A stretch of 32,000 nucleotides of DNA from assembly GCA_008932965.1 (NCBI GenBank), contig WBXG01000001.1:25975-57974 (forward strand), written 5' to 3'. The position numbers and the translations under genes were made by a program. The stretch comes from Verrucomicrobiota bacterium. Its GTDB lineage: Bacteria > Verrucomicrobiota > Verrucomicrobiia > Chthoniobacterales > UBA6821. Below are positions 8,066-17,944 of this stretch, in pieces (position 1 is the stretch's first letter; the number at the start of each line of letters is the position of its first letter). Below the pieces are notes generated by a model that saw only the letters and a list, made by a program, of their open reading frames with translations, did not search any database and had not been told where the DNA came from.

Positions 8066-8815
8066 ATGCCACGCTTCTATCTTCCTCCACATCGATGGTT
8101 GTTATCAGAACCACAACTCGATGATCTTGATGCCCACCATGCTGCTCATGTCTTGCGTTGTGAAGTGGGTGATTCGATCGTCATTTTTGATGGCAAGGGG
8201 ACGGAGGCACTAGCCACAATTATCAATCTTAAAAAAAAAGGAGGACTCCAGGCGGTGCTCTCTGTTGGAGTTCCTAAAAAAACACTCCCATCAAGCTGCC
8301 CGATTACACTTGCTCAAGCTATTCCTAAAGCTAAGAACATGGATCTTATTATCCAAAAAGCAGTGGAACTTGGTGCCTCACGCGTTATTCCCCTTCTAAC
8401 AGAGCGAACAATCGTACGATGTGATAACCAGGATGATGCATTGCAAAAACAGGAGCGATGGAAACAGATCGCTATTGAGGCATGCAAGCAGTCTGGACAA
8501 AATTGGTTGCCTCAGGTAGAAAAGCCATGTTCACTTCCAGAATTTTTAAAGATGTTGGGTCAGCCTGATCATCTTTTGCTAATCGCTTGCCTAGAAAACA
8601 AAAAGCATTCGCTCAAAGAAATTCTAAAAATTTTTCCTGCTCCTCAAGCAGTGACTATCATGATTGGCCCCGAGGGAGATTTTACTCCCAAGGAATATGC
8701 AGCTGCAAAAGAGGTTGGGTTTCACTCCATAGACCTAGGTCCTATTATTTTGAGGGCAGAAACAGCTGCATTTTACTCTCTTAGCGTTTTGTCTCACGAG
8801 TTGAATCATCAATAA
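8066..8815 (+). CDS. rsmE: 16S rRNA (uracil1498-N3)-methyltransferase RsmE
   Basis: It has the MPRFYLPP start typical of RsmE and the C-terminal blocks IGPEGDFTPKE and LGPIILRAETAA. The ORF track begins at a TTG at 8054, but the ATG at 8066 fits the family N-terminus better. Confidence 0.8.
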   Translation: MPRFYLPPHRWLLSEPQLDDLDAHHAAHVLRCEVGDSIVIFDGKGTEALATIINLKKKGGLQAVLSVGVPKKTLPSSCPITLAQAIPKAKNMDLIIQKAVELGASRVIPLLTERTIVRCDNQDDALQKQERWKQIAIEACKQSGQNWLPQVEKPCSLPEFLKMLGQPDHLLLIACLENKKHSLKEILKIFPAPQAVTIMIGPEGDFTPKEYAAAKEVGFHSIDLGPIILRAETAAFYSLSVLSHELNHQ

Positions 8816-8834
8816 ATCTTTCTTAAATTGCACT

Positions 8835-9668
8835 ATGCACTTACATGACACTCAAAATCAAAAAGATGATCGTCAACTATCAATCGATCGTGTTGGTGTA
8901 AAAAATTTACGCTACCCGATTGAAATCCGAGATCGTCCTCCAGGAGCAGGTAAGGATGAGGCTCTGAGCAGTCAAAGTACAGTGGCTCTCATTCAGCTTA
9001 CCGTTGACTTGCCCCATCATTTTAAAGGAACACATATGAGTCGTTTTGTTGAGGTGCTCAATTCTCATGGCTCCATTCTCCATGTGCTCAATATTAGGGA
9101 TATTCTAGAACAGCTCCTCGTCAAGCTTGATTCAGAGCAGGCACATGTCGATTTTGAATTTCCTTTTTTTATCAAAAAGGCAGCCCCCGTAACACAAGCA
9201 ACTGCCTTGATTGATTACAATGTCTGCTTTAAAGCAACTTTAACAAAAAAAAATAGAGAAGCTCGAGCAGCTTTTGATTTTGTTGTTACTGTGGTAGTAC
9301 CGGTTACCACGCTCTGCCCTTGTTCCAAAGCCATCAGTCAGTCCGGGGCTCACAATCAACGAGGCCAGGTAACCTTTTCTGTGCGTTGTGCAAGGACGAT
9401 GTGGATTGAGGAGATGATTCGTCTGGTTGAGGATTCTGCAAGCTGCGAGCTTTATACGTTATTAAAACGTCCTGACGAAAAATTTGTGACAGAACATGCT
9501 TATGAAAATCCCGTTTTTGTAGAAGATCTTGTTCGTAATATTGCCCAACGAGCAGAAGCAAATTCCAATATTCTTTGGTACCGTATTGAAGCAGAAAATT
9601 TCGAATCTATTCACAATCACAATGCTTATGCCTTAATCGAGAAAAAAGGAGCAAGGCCTCATTCCTAA
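8835..9668 (+). CDS. folE2: GTP cyclohydrolase IB (FolE2/MptA family)
   Basis: The blocks are LSIDRVGVKNLRYPIEI, LCPCSKAISQSGAHNQRG and ESIHNHNAYA, as I remember them for COG1469 FolE2. The stop TAA (9666-9668) is the left flank of a MITE copy. Confidence 0.8.
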   Translation: MHLHDTQNQKDDRQLSIDRVGVKNLRYPIEIRDRPPGAGKDEALSSQSTVALIQLTVDLPHHFKGTHMSRFVEVLNSHGSILHVLNIRDILEQLLVKLDSEQAHVDFEFPFFIKKAAPVTQATALIDYNVCFKATLTKKNREARAAFDFVVTVVVPVTTLCPCSKAISQSGAHNQRGQVTFSVRCARTMWIEEMIRLVEDSASCELYTLLKRPDEKFVTEHAYENPVFVEDLVRNIAQRAEANSNILWYRIEAENFESIHNHNAYALIEKKGARPHS

Positions 9669-9825
9669 CCCAGAGATTTCTTGCTAATCGTCATGAGGAG
9701 GCCGCGAAGGCTGATAGAGCAAGGCTGTGTGAGAACATACTGCCCGAGGAAAACTTCGAGATCAACGCAGTAATGAGGAGCTTTCCACAAGCCGTAATAG
9801 ATTTAGTATGAAATATGCGGGTTAA
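9666..9825 (-). mobile_element. MITE-like repeat (subfamily 2, inverted relative to 21726-21912) filling the folE2-lptD convergent gap exactly
   Basis: The right part CTTCGAGATCAACGCAGTAATGAGGAGCTTTCCACAAGCCGTAATAGATTTAGTATGAAATATGCGGGTTAA is nearly identical to the reverse complement of the left arm of 21726-21912. The left terminus is degenerate (TAACCCAGAGATTTCTTGCTAATCG). Confidence 0.8.
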
Positions 9826-12347
9826 TTTCCAGGAATGAGTGGATTAGCACTAGAACCAGGAGAGGGATTAGCAGTAGGTGCATTGAGATGAAATGGCATT
9901 GTCACATCGGGTGCATCCTTGAGCGTGCAGACAATAACAGCACCATACTGGGTAAGGTTTCCTTGAGTCGAGGTTCCTTGGTTATTACGCACATCAGCAC
10001 CTAAAGAAACGATCCAGCTTGATAGATCTCGATTAATTAAATAGCGCTGATAGAGCAAGCTATTACCTGGGGCATATCCACTTGATGTCGTGCTAGTGGA
10101 GGTAGCGGATTCATTTAAGTTATAAAGTTGTGTAGCGCTCAGAGACCAGTGATCCGTCAATTTCCATTGAACAGAAACGGAGGGCTGGTTGCCACTGATG
10201 CCGTTGTAATTATTGATATAGGCACTTCCGACACATACCTGCAACCAGCGGGCTGGCATAATATCAAATTGCAGGTTCATTTCTGTAAAGCCTTGAGATG
10301 TCGTTGGCACCTGCGAATCAAGGCGAAGAGCTAGCCAACTAATCGGATTAAAAGTAAAACGATTATTAAAATTAGAAACAGAACCATTACGGTATGGGTC
10401 AACTCCATTGATATCGATGAAACTGTCAATATAAAACCAGTCATGGGTCCCTTCATCACGACGAGTTTGTAAACGGTTTCGAATACCCAGACGCATGATC
10501 GTCCATGTGTCGATTGTGTCAATTGCCGCAAACTGAGGAAAATTGAGTGGCTGCAGTTGGGTTGAACTTGGTTGATAGCCTGACTTGGTAAGATTATTAG
10601 CTCCATTAGGAATATAACGATCAAATTGAAAAACCTGGTTGACATTGGGCCCCCCCGCGTAAACGTACGAGAGGTTGCCATAGGGCTGGAAGACATGTCT
10701 TAATCCATCAAGTCCAAGAAGACGTGATTGCACTCCTTCAAAGTTACGAGAAATTTTAAAAGAGCCCTCTATCCCAGCATTAAAAATGGGACGGACTGTT
10801 GTTCCTGTCCAATTGAGATTATTAGCATGCGTGCTTGTGATCACACCATTAGTGGCGATTGGAGTGTTGGGGAAGGTGGTGATAGCCCCATTGGTGTTGA
10901 GAAAATCTCCACCATGATTGTAAGCAGTAACCCGCATTCCAATTTTAGGGATAAGTGAAAGCCATCCAAAGAGCGTTTGAGGTAGGCTTAATTGATGGAA
11001 TGTATCAAATCGGGTCGCATTATAACTAGAGGGTGTTTGGTAGTTAGGGTAATTTGTGGAGTTGATGGCAAAACTACGTTGTAATTGACCGATGGATGTC
11101 GTTCCATCGTAAAATAGAGGAAGTCCAAAGAGCGGCTCCTGATTAAAATCAAAGGCCAACTCAGGAAGTCGCTCTGTTGTTTCTTGAAAATTATTCATCT
11201 GCCACCGTGTTACTAGCGATATGGTGGAGTCATCATTCCTCTTGGTCAGTGTAATATTGTTGTCTGGTTGGGGGTTGTAGGCATTTTCAACAGGATAGTA
11301 ATTTTGCATGAACGTAAAATCGCTCAGCTTTGTTAAATCAGCCGTCGCATAAAGATCATCCTTGAGATAAAATTTTTGAGTGAAGGTGAGGCGATAACGT
11401 TGCTCAAAATTCCCCGAGGTAGGATTAACAATTCTTTGTTGGCCAGGTGCATTGTTGATGTTGGGATTGGCATCCCAAGCATAATAGGAGATAAACTGTC
11501 CGGTGTTTCGATCATTTTTACCAAATTTATCCTCTACATCTAATCCCATTGCATATCCACGAAGGGAGCGGTAGTCCGAATGAACTCGTGTGAGTAGATG
11601 ATCATCATTGCCGATGGCATACATGTAGGAGGAGAGGAGGTAGCCACCCCAAGTTGAATCATATCCAGGCTGAATCTGAATTCCCGATTGCTTGAGACTT
11701 GCGTACATATAAGGAACCCAAATGATAGGGACTTTTCCTACATAGATGGTCGTATTTAAAAAAATGACCCTATCCTTATTGTAGATACGCATGGCACGGG
11801 ATCGAATTCCCCAATCAGGACTTGAAGAGTCTGAGGTGGTCATGAAAGCATCACGCGCTCTAAATTCTTTTTGAGAAACGGAATTAAAACTTAAGGCACG
11901 GAATTTGAGTGGAGCAAAGTCCCCAGCGAATTCAAGACCACGAATTTGCTTTGTTTCCAGATTATAAAGGGCACGCTCTCCTGAAAAAAAGTTGGTATTG
12001 TTGTAAATACGGACATGTCCAATGAGCAAGATGTCACGTGTTTCTGGGTTATATTCTGCCCTGTCACAATAAATACTAATGCCGTTGTAATGGATTTGAA
12101 CATTTTCCTCGGCAAAGGCTACTCCGTTTTCAAAATGAGTATTTCCATCGGCAGTAATCTCCACGGCTTTGCCACTGAAGTTATTAGTCGGTGCCACCTC
12201 GGAACTCAACGGGGTGCTCACAAGAGCTTGCTGCATCGGATCTGCAGGTGCCTCTTGGGCAACTAATGGAACTCCCATGTTAATAGCACCAATGAAAAAA
12301 ATCATTTTCAGATGCCGTAATGGAGGAGTGAAAGTAAAGTTGGGCAC
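9822..12347 (-). CDS. lptD: LPS-assembly outer membrane protein LptD (OstA family)
   Basis: 841 aa with an N-terminal signal-like segment. It has an OstA-like N-domain (VEITADGNTHFENGVAFAEENVQIHYNGISIYCDRAEYNPETRDILLIGHVRIY) and a long C-terminus rich in aromatics and Gly, consistent with a beta-barrel. Confidence 0.7.
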   Translation of the reverse strand: MPNFTFTPPLRHLKMIFFIGAINMGVPLVAQEAPADPMQQALVSTPLSSEVAPTNNFSGKAVEITADGNTHFENGVAFAEENVQIHYNGISIYCDRAEYNPETRDILLIGHVRIYNNTNFFSGERALYNLETKQIRGLEFAGDFAPLKFRALSFNSVSQKEFRARDAFMTTSDSSSPDWGIRSRAMRIYNKDRVIFLNTTIYVGKVPIIWVPYMYASLKQSGIQIQPGYDSTWGGYLLSSYMYAIGNDDHLLTRVHSDYRSLRGYAMGLDVEDKFGKNDRNTGQFISYYAWDANPNINNAPGQQRIVNPTSGNFEQRYRLTFTQKFYLKDDLYATADLTKLSDFTFMQNYYPVENAYNPQPDNNITLTKRNDDSTISLVTRWQMNNFQETTERLPELAFDFNQEPLFGLPLFYDGTTSIGQLQRSFAINSTNYPNYQTPSSYNATRFDTFHQLSLPQTLFGWLSLIPKIGMRVTAYNHGGDFLNTNGAITTFPNTPIATNGVITSTHANNLNWTGTTVRPIFNAGIEGSFKISRNFEGVQSRLLGLDGLRHVFQPYGNLSYVYAGGPNVNQVFQFDRYIPNGANNLTKSGYQPSSTQLQPLNFPQFAAIDTIDTWTIMRLGIRNRLQTRRDEGTHDWFYIDSFIDINGVDPYRNGSVSNFNNRFTFNPISWLALRLDSQVPTTSQGFTEMNLQFDIMPARWLQVCVGSAYINNYNGISGNQPSVSVQWKLTDHWSLSATQLYNLNESATSTSTTSSGYAPGNSLLYQRYLINRDLSSWIVSLGADVRNNQGTSTQGNLTQYGAVIVCTLKDAPDVTMPFHLNAPTANPSPGSSANPLIPGN

Positions 12348-12386
12348 TGTTTATAAAAAGTCGTTAAAAATAATGTTATACCCTGG

Positions 12387-13064
12387 CTAGCTCCCTAAAT
12401 GACGAATATCCTCTGCACTCACGGCAAAAACAACATCCTCAGCAATATTAGCAGCATGATCGCCGATACGCTCGAGGCAGCGGCTGATAAAAATTAAATT
12501 GAAATAAATCGGAATTTTGCTGGAGTCATCCTGCATTCTTAAAATGAGACGTTCATTGAGCTCTTTGTTGAGACGATCGAGTTGCTTGTCTTGAGTTTTA
12601 ATGTGCAGTGCTAAGGTCTCATTCTCCTCAGTATAGGCTCGAAGTGCATCATCAAACATTTTCATGGCAAGCTTGATGACTTTATCGAGTTCATGAAGTT
12701 CGGGAACTTCTGGATGTTCGTTAATTTTACGACTGCGACGGGCAATGCTTACTACTTGATCGCCAATGCGCTCAATGTTGGCTCCAATTTTCATAGAAGA
12801 AATTACATAGCGCAGGTCGGAAGCGACTGGCTGAAAACGACTCATAATGTATAAACCCTCACGATCGATTTGCATTTCCAAAAGATCAATTTCTTCATCA
12901 TTAGCAATAGCATTATTGCAGTAATCATCATTACGTTCAAAAAGACCACAAATGGCATTTTTAAAGTTAGCCCTAGCCAGCTCTCCAATGGTCATAATGC
13001 TGCTGTGAATCTGATCTAGTTTTTCAGTGAAGGGAGTGAGGATGTGGGAGCGAGAATAAGCCAT
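12387..13064 (-). CDS. phoU: Phosphate signalling complex protein PhoU
   Basis: 225 aa with two PhoU repeats carrying ERIGDQVVSIAR and ERIGDHAANIAEDV. It lies immediately downstream of pstB. Confidence 0.9.
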   Translation of the reverse strand: MAYSRSHILTPFTEKLDQIHSSIMTIGELARANFKNAICGLFERNDDYCNNAIANDEEIDLLEMQIDREGLYIMSRFQPVASDLRYVISSMKIGANIERIGDQVVSIARRSRKINEHPEVPELHELDKVIKLAMKMFDDALRAYTEENETLALHIKTQDKQLDRLNKELNERLILRMQDDSSKIPIYFNLIFISRCLERIGDHAANIAEDVVFAVSAEDIRHLGS

Positions 13065-13129
13065 GGTATGGACTGCTTAACAGTAGTTGAAGTGAAAGTT
13101 TTGAAAAGGGATGGAAAAAAGTGAAAATA

Positions 13130-13957
13130 TTACCCAAAACGACCCGTGATGTAATCTTCTGTCTGTTTTTCAATAGGGGCAGTAAAGATTCTGTTAGTGT
13201 GATCAAACTCAATTAATTTTCCAAAATTAAAAAAGGCTGTTAGGTCAGAAACGCGGCTCGCCTGTTGCATGCTGTGGGTCACAATGATGATGGTGAATTC
13301 CTTTTTTAACTCCACAATGAGCTCTTCTATTTTAGCTGTGGCAATAGGATCCAGTGCAGAGCAAGGTTCATCCATAAGCAGAATATCTGGCTGACCTGCA
13401 ATAGCGCGAGCAATACAGAGGCGTTGCATTTGTCCTCCTGAGAGACCTAAGGCATTTTCTCCTAAACGATCCTTCACTTCATCCCACAAGGCAACCGAAC
13501 GGAGGGAGCGTTCAACCGTCTCGTTCAAATGAGCTCGTTTGTGACACCCCATAATACGAAGTGGAAAAACAACATTTTCATAGATCGAGCGAGGGAAAGG
13601 ATTTGATTTTTGAAAGACCATCCCAATGCGTCGTCGTAGGGCAATGATTTCAATAGATGCATCAAAGATACTTCTTCCCTCAATGGTAATGTCACCTTCA
13701 TGGCGTACCCCAGGAAGCAGTTCATTCATACGATTGAAATTGCGTAAGAGTGTTGATTTACCAGAACCTGAGGGCCCAATAAAAGAGGTTACATGCTTGG
13801 AGGGAATAGCAAAATTGATATTAAAGAGGGTCTGTTTTTTTCCATAGAAAAAATCAAAATTGATGACTTTAATAAAAGTCTCATTAGTGACACCGGAAGG
13901 TGTCACCTTCGAAGATGAAGGAAGTAGCTCCGTACTATTGATGCTGGTTGGGTTCAT
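13130..13957 (-). CDS. pstB: Phosphate ABC transporter ATP-binding protein PstB
   Basis: Walker A is GPSGSGKST, the ABC signature is LSGGQMQR, and Walker B is ILLMDEP. It overlaps pstA by 4 nt. Confidence 0.92.
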   Translation of the reverse strand: MNPTSINSTELLPSSSKVTPSGVTNETFIKVINFDFFYGKKQTLFNINFAIPSKHVTSFIGPSGSGKSTLLRNFNRMNELLPGVRHEGDITIEGRSIFDASIEIIALRRRIGMVFQKSNPFPRSIYENVVFPLRIMGCHKRAHLNETVERSLRSVALWDEVKDRLGENALGLSGGQMQRLCIARAIAGQPDILLMDEPCSALDPIATAKIEELIVELKKEFTIIIVTHSMQQASRVSDLTAFFNFGKLIEFDHTNRIFTAPIEKQTEDYITGRFG

Positions 13958-14844
13958 TGAAATTTTCTACGGAAGAGTAGTTGAGCTAAAATATTTGTTC
14001 CAGTTACCATGGCAACTAGGACAAGAGAGGCAGTCCAAGCCATTTGAACTTGGTAATGATAAGGAAGTGCTGAGAAATTATAAATTAAAACCGAAAGAGA
14101 AGCCGTTGGCTCCATGATGGAGCTTGCCCATTGTTGACTAAAGAGAGCGGTAAAAAGAACAGGTGCCGTTTCTCCCGCAGCACGAGCGACCGCAAGCATC
14201 ATTCCCATCATCATTGCTGGTAATGCCTCAGGTAAAACGATACGCCAGATTGTTTGAAAGGGAGTCGCCCCAAGTCCATAGGAAGCATCACGGTAGGAAG
14301 AAGGGACCCCCATCAGTGCCTGCTCCGAGGTTAAAAGAATGGTTGGCAACATTAAAATAGAAAGAGCAGCTCCTCCTGCTAAAGCCGAAAATTGCCCTGT
14401 ATGGAGAACGACTAAGGCAAAAGCAAAAGCACCACAAATAATAGAGGGGATTCCAGTAAGGAGTTTGGCAATGAAGCGAACTGTTGCTGTCAGAGAGGAG
14501 TGAGGGGCATATTCACTAATATAAATGGCACCTAAAATTCCAATAGGAGCTGAAAGCAGGGTAGCAATACCAACCATCGTTATGGTTCCAATTATAGCAT
14601 TGCCAAAACCACCACCGTGTAACCCAGGTGGTGGTGGGAGTTTTGTAAAGACTGAAAAATGCAATAAAGGAAGACCTTTATGAATCAGCAAATAAAGAAG
14701 AGAAAAAAGAGGAACTAAGGTGAAAAAAGAAAAAAGAACACACAGTGTTGTAAGGAGTTGATTGCTCCAGAGACGCAGGAAAGAGGTTTTTTTCTCATGG
14801 TTGGAGAAAAAATGGTGAGGTGGATTTGAATGGGGTATCATCAT
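13954..14844 (-). CDS. pstA: Phosphate ABC transporter permease PstA
   Basis: 296-aa polytopic ORF with the EAA-type loop [19 protein letters not shown]. It overlaps pstC by 4 nt. Confidence 0.85.
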   Translation of the reverse strand: MMIPHSNPPHHFFSNHEKKTSFLRLWSNQLLTTLCVLFSFFTLVPLFSLLYLLIHKGLPLLHFSVFTKLPPPPGLHGGGFGNAIIGTITMVGIATLLSAPIGILGAIYISEYAPHSSLTATVRFIAKLLTGIPSIICGAFAFALVVLHTGQFSALAGGAALSILMLPTILLTSEQALMGVPSSYRDASYGLGATPFQTIWRIVLPEALPAMMMGMMLAVARAAGETAPVLFTALFSQQWASSIMEPTASLSVLIYNFSALPYHYQVQMAWTASLVLVAMVTGTNILAQLLFRRKFQ

Positions 14845-15791
14845 GAGCCTCCTCCAAGGGCTCTCTGCGTACGACGTAGCACAAGCTCCCCAATGATATT
14901 AGTGCCTAATGTTAAGAGAATCAGAATAAAGGCGGCATACATGAGAGCATTAATTTGAAGCCCCTCTGCTTCTGAAAACTGATTGGCCAGTAGCGCCGAG
15001 AGTGTGTTGGAAGGAGAAAAAATGGAGAGTGTGAGGCGTTGGCTATTTCCAATAAGCATTGCAACAGCCATCGTCTCACCCATAGCACGTCCAAATGCTA
15101 AGATGCTTGCTGCTACAATTCCTGGAGCTGCGTACGGGAGCAAGACTCGAGTAATTGTTTCCCAACGAGTAGCCCCTAGGGCGTAGGCTCCTTCGCGAAG
15201 CGTCTCGGGAATGGCCACCAATGAAGCACGTGAAATGGCAGCAATGGTTGGGAGCACCATAAGGGCAAGCACGAGACTTGCTGTGAGCAGAGAATTGCCA
15301 TAGGCAGGTCCATGTAAAAAAGGAATCCATCCGCAATGATGTACCACTATTTCTCCATAATGCTGTACAAGTGGGACAAGTGTAAAAATACCCCAGAGAC
15401 CATAAACCACGCTTGGAGTCGCAGCCAACATCTCTACAATCATTCTCATCAACTGGCGTAAGGGACGAGGTAAGAAATTTTCGCTTAAAAAAAGTGCTAC
15501 GGCTAGACCGAGCGGTAATGCTAATAAAAGAGCGAGAAGGCTGCTTACAGCAGTTCCAAAAAGCATGGGTAAAACTCCATAGAGATCCCGGTTGGGGCGC
15601 CATTCAGAGCTTGTGAGAAAATGCCATCCAAAGTGCCGTATGGCTGGAAGGGCTTTTGTGAAAATTTCATCAATGATGAGCCCTAGAAGGAAAATGATGA
15701 TGACTGCAGCAATCCAACAGAAACAACGAAAATAATCTCTTCGACGTCGATAGCGATTTTTTGGGATGAAGGCAGGTGCGCTCACAAACAA
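14841..15791 (-). CDS. pstC: Phosphate ABC transporter permease PstC
   Basis: 316-aa polytopic ORF with the EAA-type loop GAYALGATRWETITRVLLP. Its operon position is between pstS and pstA. Confidence 0.85.
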   Translation of the reverse strand: MFVSAPAFIPKNRYRRRRDYFRCFCWIAAVIIIFLLGLIIDEIFTKALPAIRHFGWHFLTSSEWRPNRDLYGVLPMLFGTAVSSLLALLLALPLGLAVALFLSENFLPRPLRQLMRMIVEMLAATPSVVYGLWGIFTLVPLVQHYGEIVVHHCGWIPFLHGPAYGNSLLTASLVLALMVLPTIAAISRASLVAIPETLREGAYALGATRWETITRVLLPYAAPGIVAASILAFGRAMGETMAVAMLIGNSQRLTLSIFSPSNTLSALLANQFSEAEGLQINALMYAAFILILLTLGTNIIGELVLRRTQRALGGGS

Positions 15792-15817
15792 AAGTAATAA
15801 TATTTTTCAACAATCTT

Positions 15818-16855
15818 TTACTTGGTAGCAGATTCTTGAATATTTGTAAGAGCCTGAATCGATTTTTTTTCAGTTGCCTCGGGAAGCGGCAAATAGCCAA
15901 GGGCTGAGGATAGTAATTGTCCCTCCGTAAGAGCGTAGGTGAGAAATGCTTTGAGGGCTTTGGCTTTTTCGCAAGGATAGATTTTTTGAACAATCACCCA
16001 GGTAAAACCAGAAATAGGATAGGCGCCAGGAGTCTCCGGATCTGGGACAAAGCTTTGTAGATGATCGGGAGGAGCAGAATTAGCTAATGCCAGTGATCCT
16101 GCTTTATCGGAAGCTGGGATCATCTTTCCAGCTTTGTTTTGAAGCTCTGCCGATGGGAGATTATTGTTTTTTGCAAAACCATATTCGATGTAGCCGATAG
16201 CACCAGTGGTCCCTTTGATTAACGAGGTAATTCCATCATTTCCTTTGCCGGCCAGGCCGATGGGCCATTTCACAGATTTTCCTGAACCTACTTCAGTATT
16301 AAATTCAGGACTGATCTTAGCTAAATGTTCTGTAAAAAGAGCTGTTGTGCCACTCCCATCCGAGCGGGTAACAACAGTGATAGGAAGAGCGGGTAAAACA
16401 ACACCAGGATTACAGATCTCAATTAGGGGATCATTCCAATGAGTAATTTTTCCAAGAAAGATATCGACATAAGCTTCACGACTCAACTTCAGTTCTTTGA
16501 TATTAGGAAGGTTGTAGGATAGAACAATCATTCCAGCAGTCAGAGGAATCATAATGACACTACCGTGATTCTTTTCAATTTCAGCATCGGTCATTGCAAT
16601 ATCACTGGCACAAAAATCGGTGAGTCTTTTAGTAAAATTGACAATACCAGCACCACTTCCAATTCCTTGATAGTTTACCGCAATGTCAGGATGGTTTTTC
16701 TGAAATTCGGAGGCCCAACGAATATAGAGAGGTGCAGGAAAGGTGGCTCCTGAACCGCTAATAGTTGTTAATGCAAAGAGGGAACCTATTTCGTAGAGAA
16801 AGAAAATAGTAGTAATGAATACACCCCACCATTGTTGAGAGCACTTTTTTTTCAT
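15818..16855 (-). CDS. pstS: Phosphate-binding protein PstS
   Basis: It has a signal-like N-terminus and the PstS blocks GSGATFPAPLY, YQGIGSGAGI and RSDGSGTT. Confidence 0.85.
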   Translation of the reverse strand: MKKKCSQQWWGVFITTIFFLYEIGSLFALTTISGSGATFPAPLYIRWASEFQKNHPDIAVNYQGIGSGAGIVNFTKRLTDFCASDIAMTDAEIEKNHGSVIMIPLTAGMIVLSYNLPNIKELKLSREAYVDIFLGKITHWNDPLIEICNPGVVLPALPITVVTRSDGSGTTALFTEHLAKISPEFNTEVGSGKSVKWPIGLAGKGNDGITSLIKGTTGAIGYIEYGFAKNNNLPSAELQNKAGKMIPASDKAGSLALANSAPPDHLQSFVPDPETPGAYPISGFTWVIVQKIYPCEKAKALKAFLTYALTEGQLLSSALGYLPLPEATEKKSIQALTNIQESATK

Positions 16856-16900
16856 AAAATGTGATGCGAGACTCTAGCACAAAACTTAGAAGAGGGAAGA

Positions 16901-16923
16901 TGTAACTGAAATATCCGGGTTAA
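16901..16923. mobile_element. Solo terminus of the MITE-like repeat in the pstS / GT2 divergent intergenic region
   Basis: TGTAACTGAAATATCCGGGTTAA matches the family right terminus CAGTATGAAATATCCGGGTTAA. No partner terminus is nearby. Confidence 0.6.
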
Positions 16924-16969
16924 CAAAAATGAATGAGGAGAATGATCCCCGTTGTAGTATTTTTGATTT

Positions 16970-17944
16970 ATGCTTGTCATTGGCAAGCTCCTGCTGCTAG
17001 TGGAGACGATGTCGATCAAAAATGTTGATCCCTTTAAAATGTTGACCCCTTTTTTTAGCATTATTACCCCTTCCTACAATCAAGGGAAATATCTCTCTGG
17101 ATGTCTGGATTCGATTCGACGTCAGACTAACGGCTCCTACGAACATATCGTGATCGATAATTGTTCTACCGATGAAACAAAAAACATTCTTGTGAATTAT
17201 GCACAAGATCCCAGAGTAAGGCTCCTTGTTGAATCAGATCATGGTCAGTCGAATGCCGTTAACAAAGGCTTTCGGATGGCTCGCGGCGAGGTTATTTGTT
17301 GGCTCAATAGCGATGATGCTTATTTTCCAGAGACCCTTGAAAAGCTGTATCATGCCTTCAAAAATCCTGCCTCTCAGGTGATTTTTGGAGATGTTCTTCA
17401 AGTTTCCTACAATGGGGAGCCTCCTCTCCGAGCAGCTGCACAATTCAAAGATCGTCGAGATTTTATTCGATGGTGGAGTGGTCGTATTAGGCTCCATCAG
17501 CCAGCTGTTTTTTTTCGAAGCTCGGTGCGTGAGAGAATTGGCTTTTTAAAGGAAGATCTCCATTATGCAATGGATTATGAATATTGGTGGCATATGTCAG
17601 AGTTCTATCATTTTCATTATTTAGGTGAGGAGCTTGCTATTCAACATCGACAACCCGATTCTAAGACGATCCAGGCGTGGTATTTAGTTCTTGAGGAACG
17701 GGAAAAGATTTTTTCTCCCTTTTATCCTCTGCTTGAGGAAAAAAAATCGGTCCTTGATCATGAACGCTCTGATTCGCTTGCGCATCATTTTTTAATACAA
17801 GCCTACGCGGTGGTGCAAAAGGATCGCCATCAGGCTTGGTTCTATTTTAGTAAAGCATTACGCTATGCTCCGTTGATATTTTTAAAGCCCTCCGCATTCG
17901 GATTGATCCGCCAATTATTTTTTTATGACCGGGATTCTTCTTAG
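16970..17944 (+). CDS. Family 2 glycosyltransferase (start uncertain: ATG at 16970, 17009 or 17039)
   Basis: The GT2 N-terminal blocks are FSIITPSYNQGKYLSGCLDSIRRQT, HIVIDNCSTDET and WLNSDD. The ATG at 17039 (MLTPFFSIITPSYN) fits the usual GT2 N-terminus best. Confidence 0.8.
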   Translation: MLVIGKLLLLVETMSIKNVDPFKMLTPFFSIITPSYNQGKYLSGCLDSIRRQTNGSYEHIVIDNCSTDETKNILVNYAQDPRVRLLVESDHGQSNAVNKGFRMARGEVICWLNSDDAYFPETLEKLYHAFKNPASQVIFGDVLQVSYNGEPPLRAAAQFKDRRDFIRWWSGRIRLHQPAVFFRSSVRERIGFLKEDLHYAMDYEYWWHMSEFYHFHYLGEELAIQHRQPDSKTIQAWYLVLEEREKIFSPFYPLLEEKKSVLDHERSDSLAHHFLIQAYAVVQKDRHQAWFYFSKALRYAPLIFLKPSAFGLIRQLFFYDRDSS

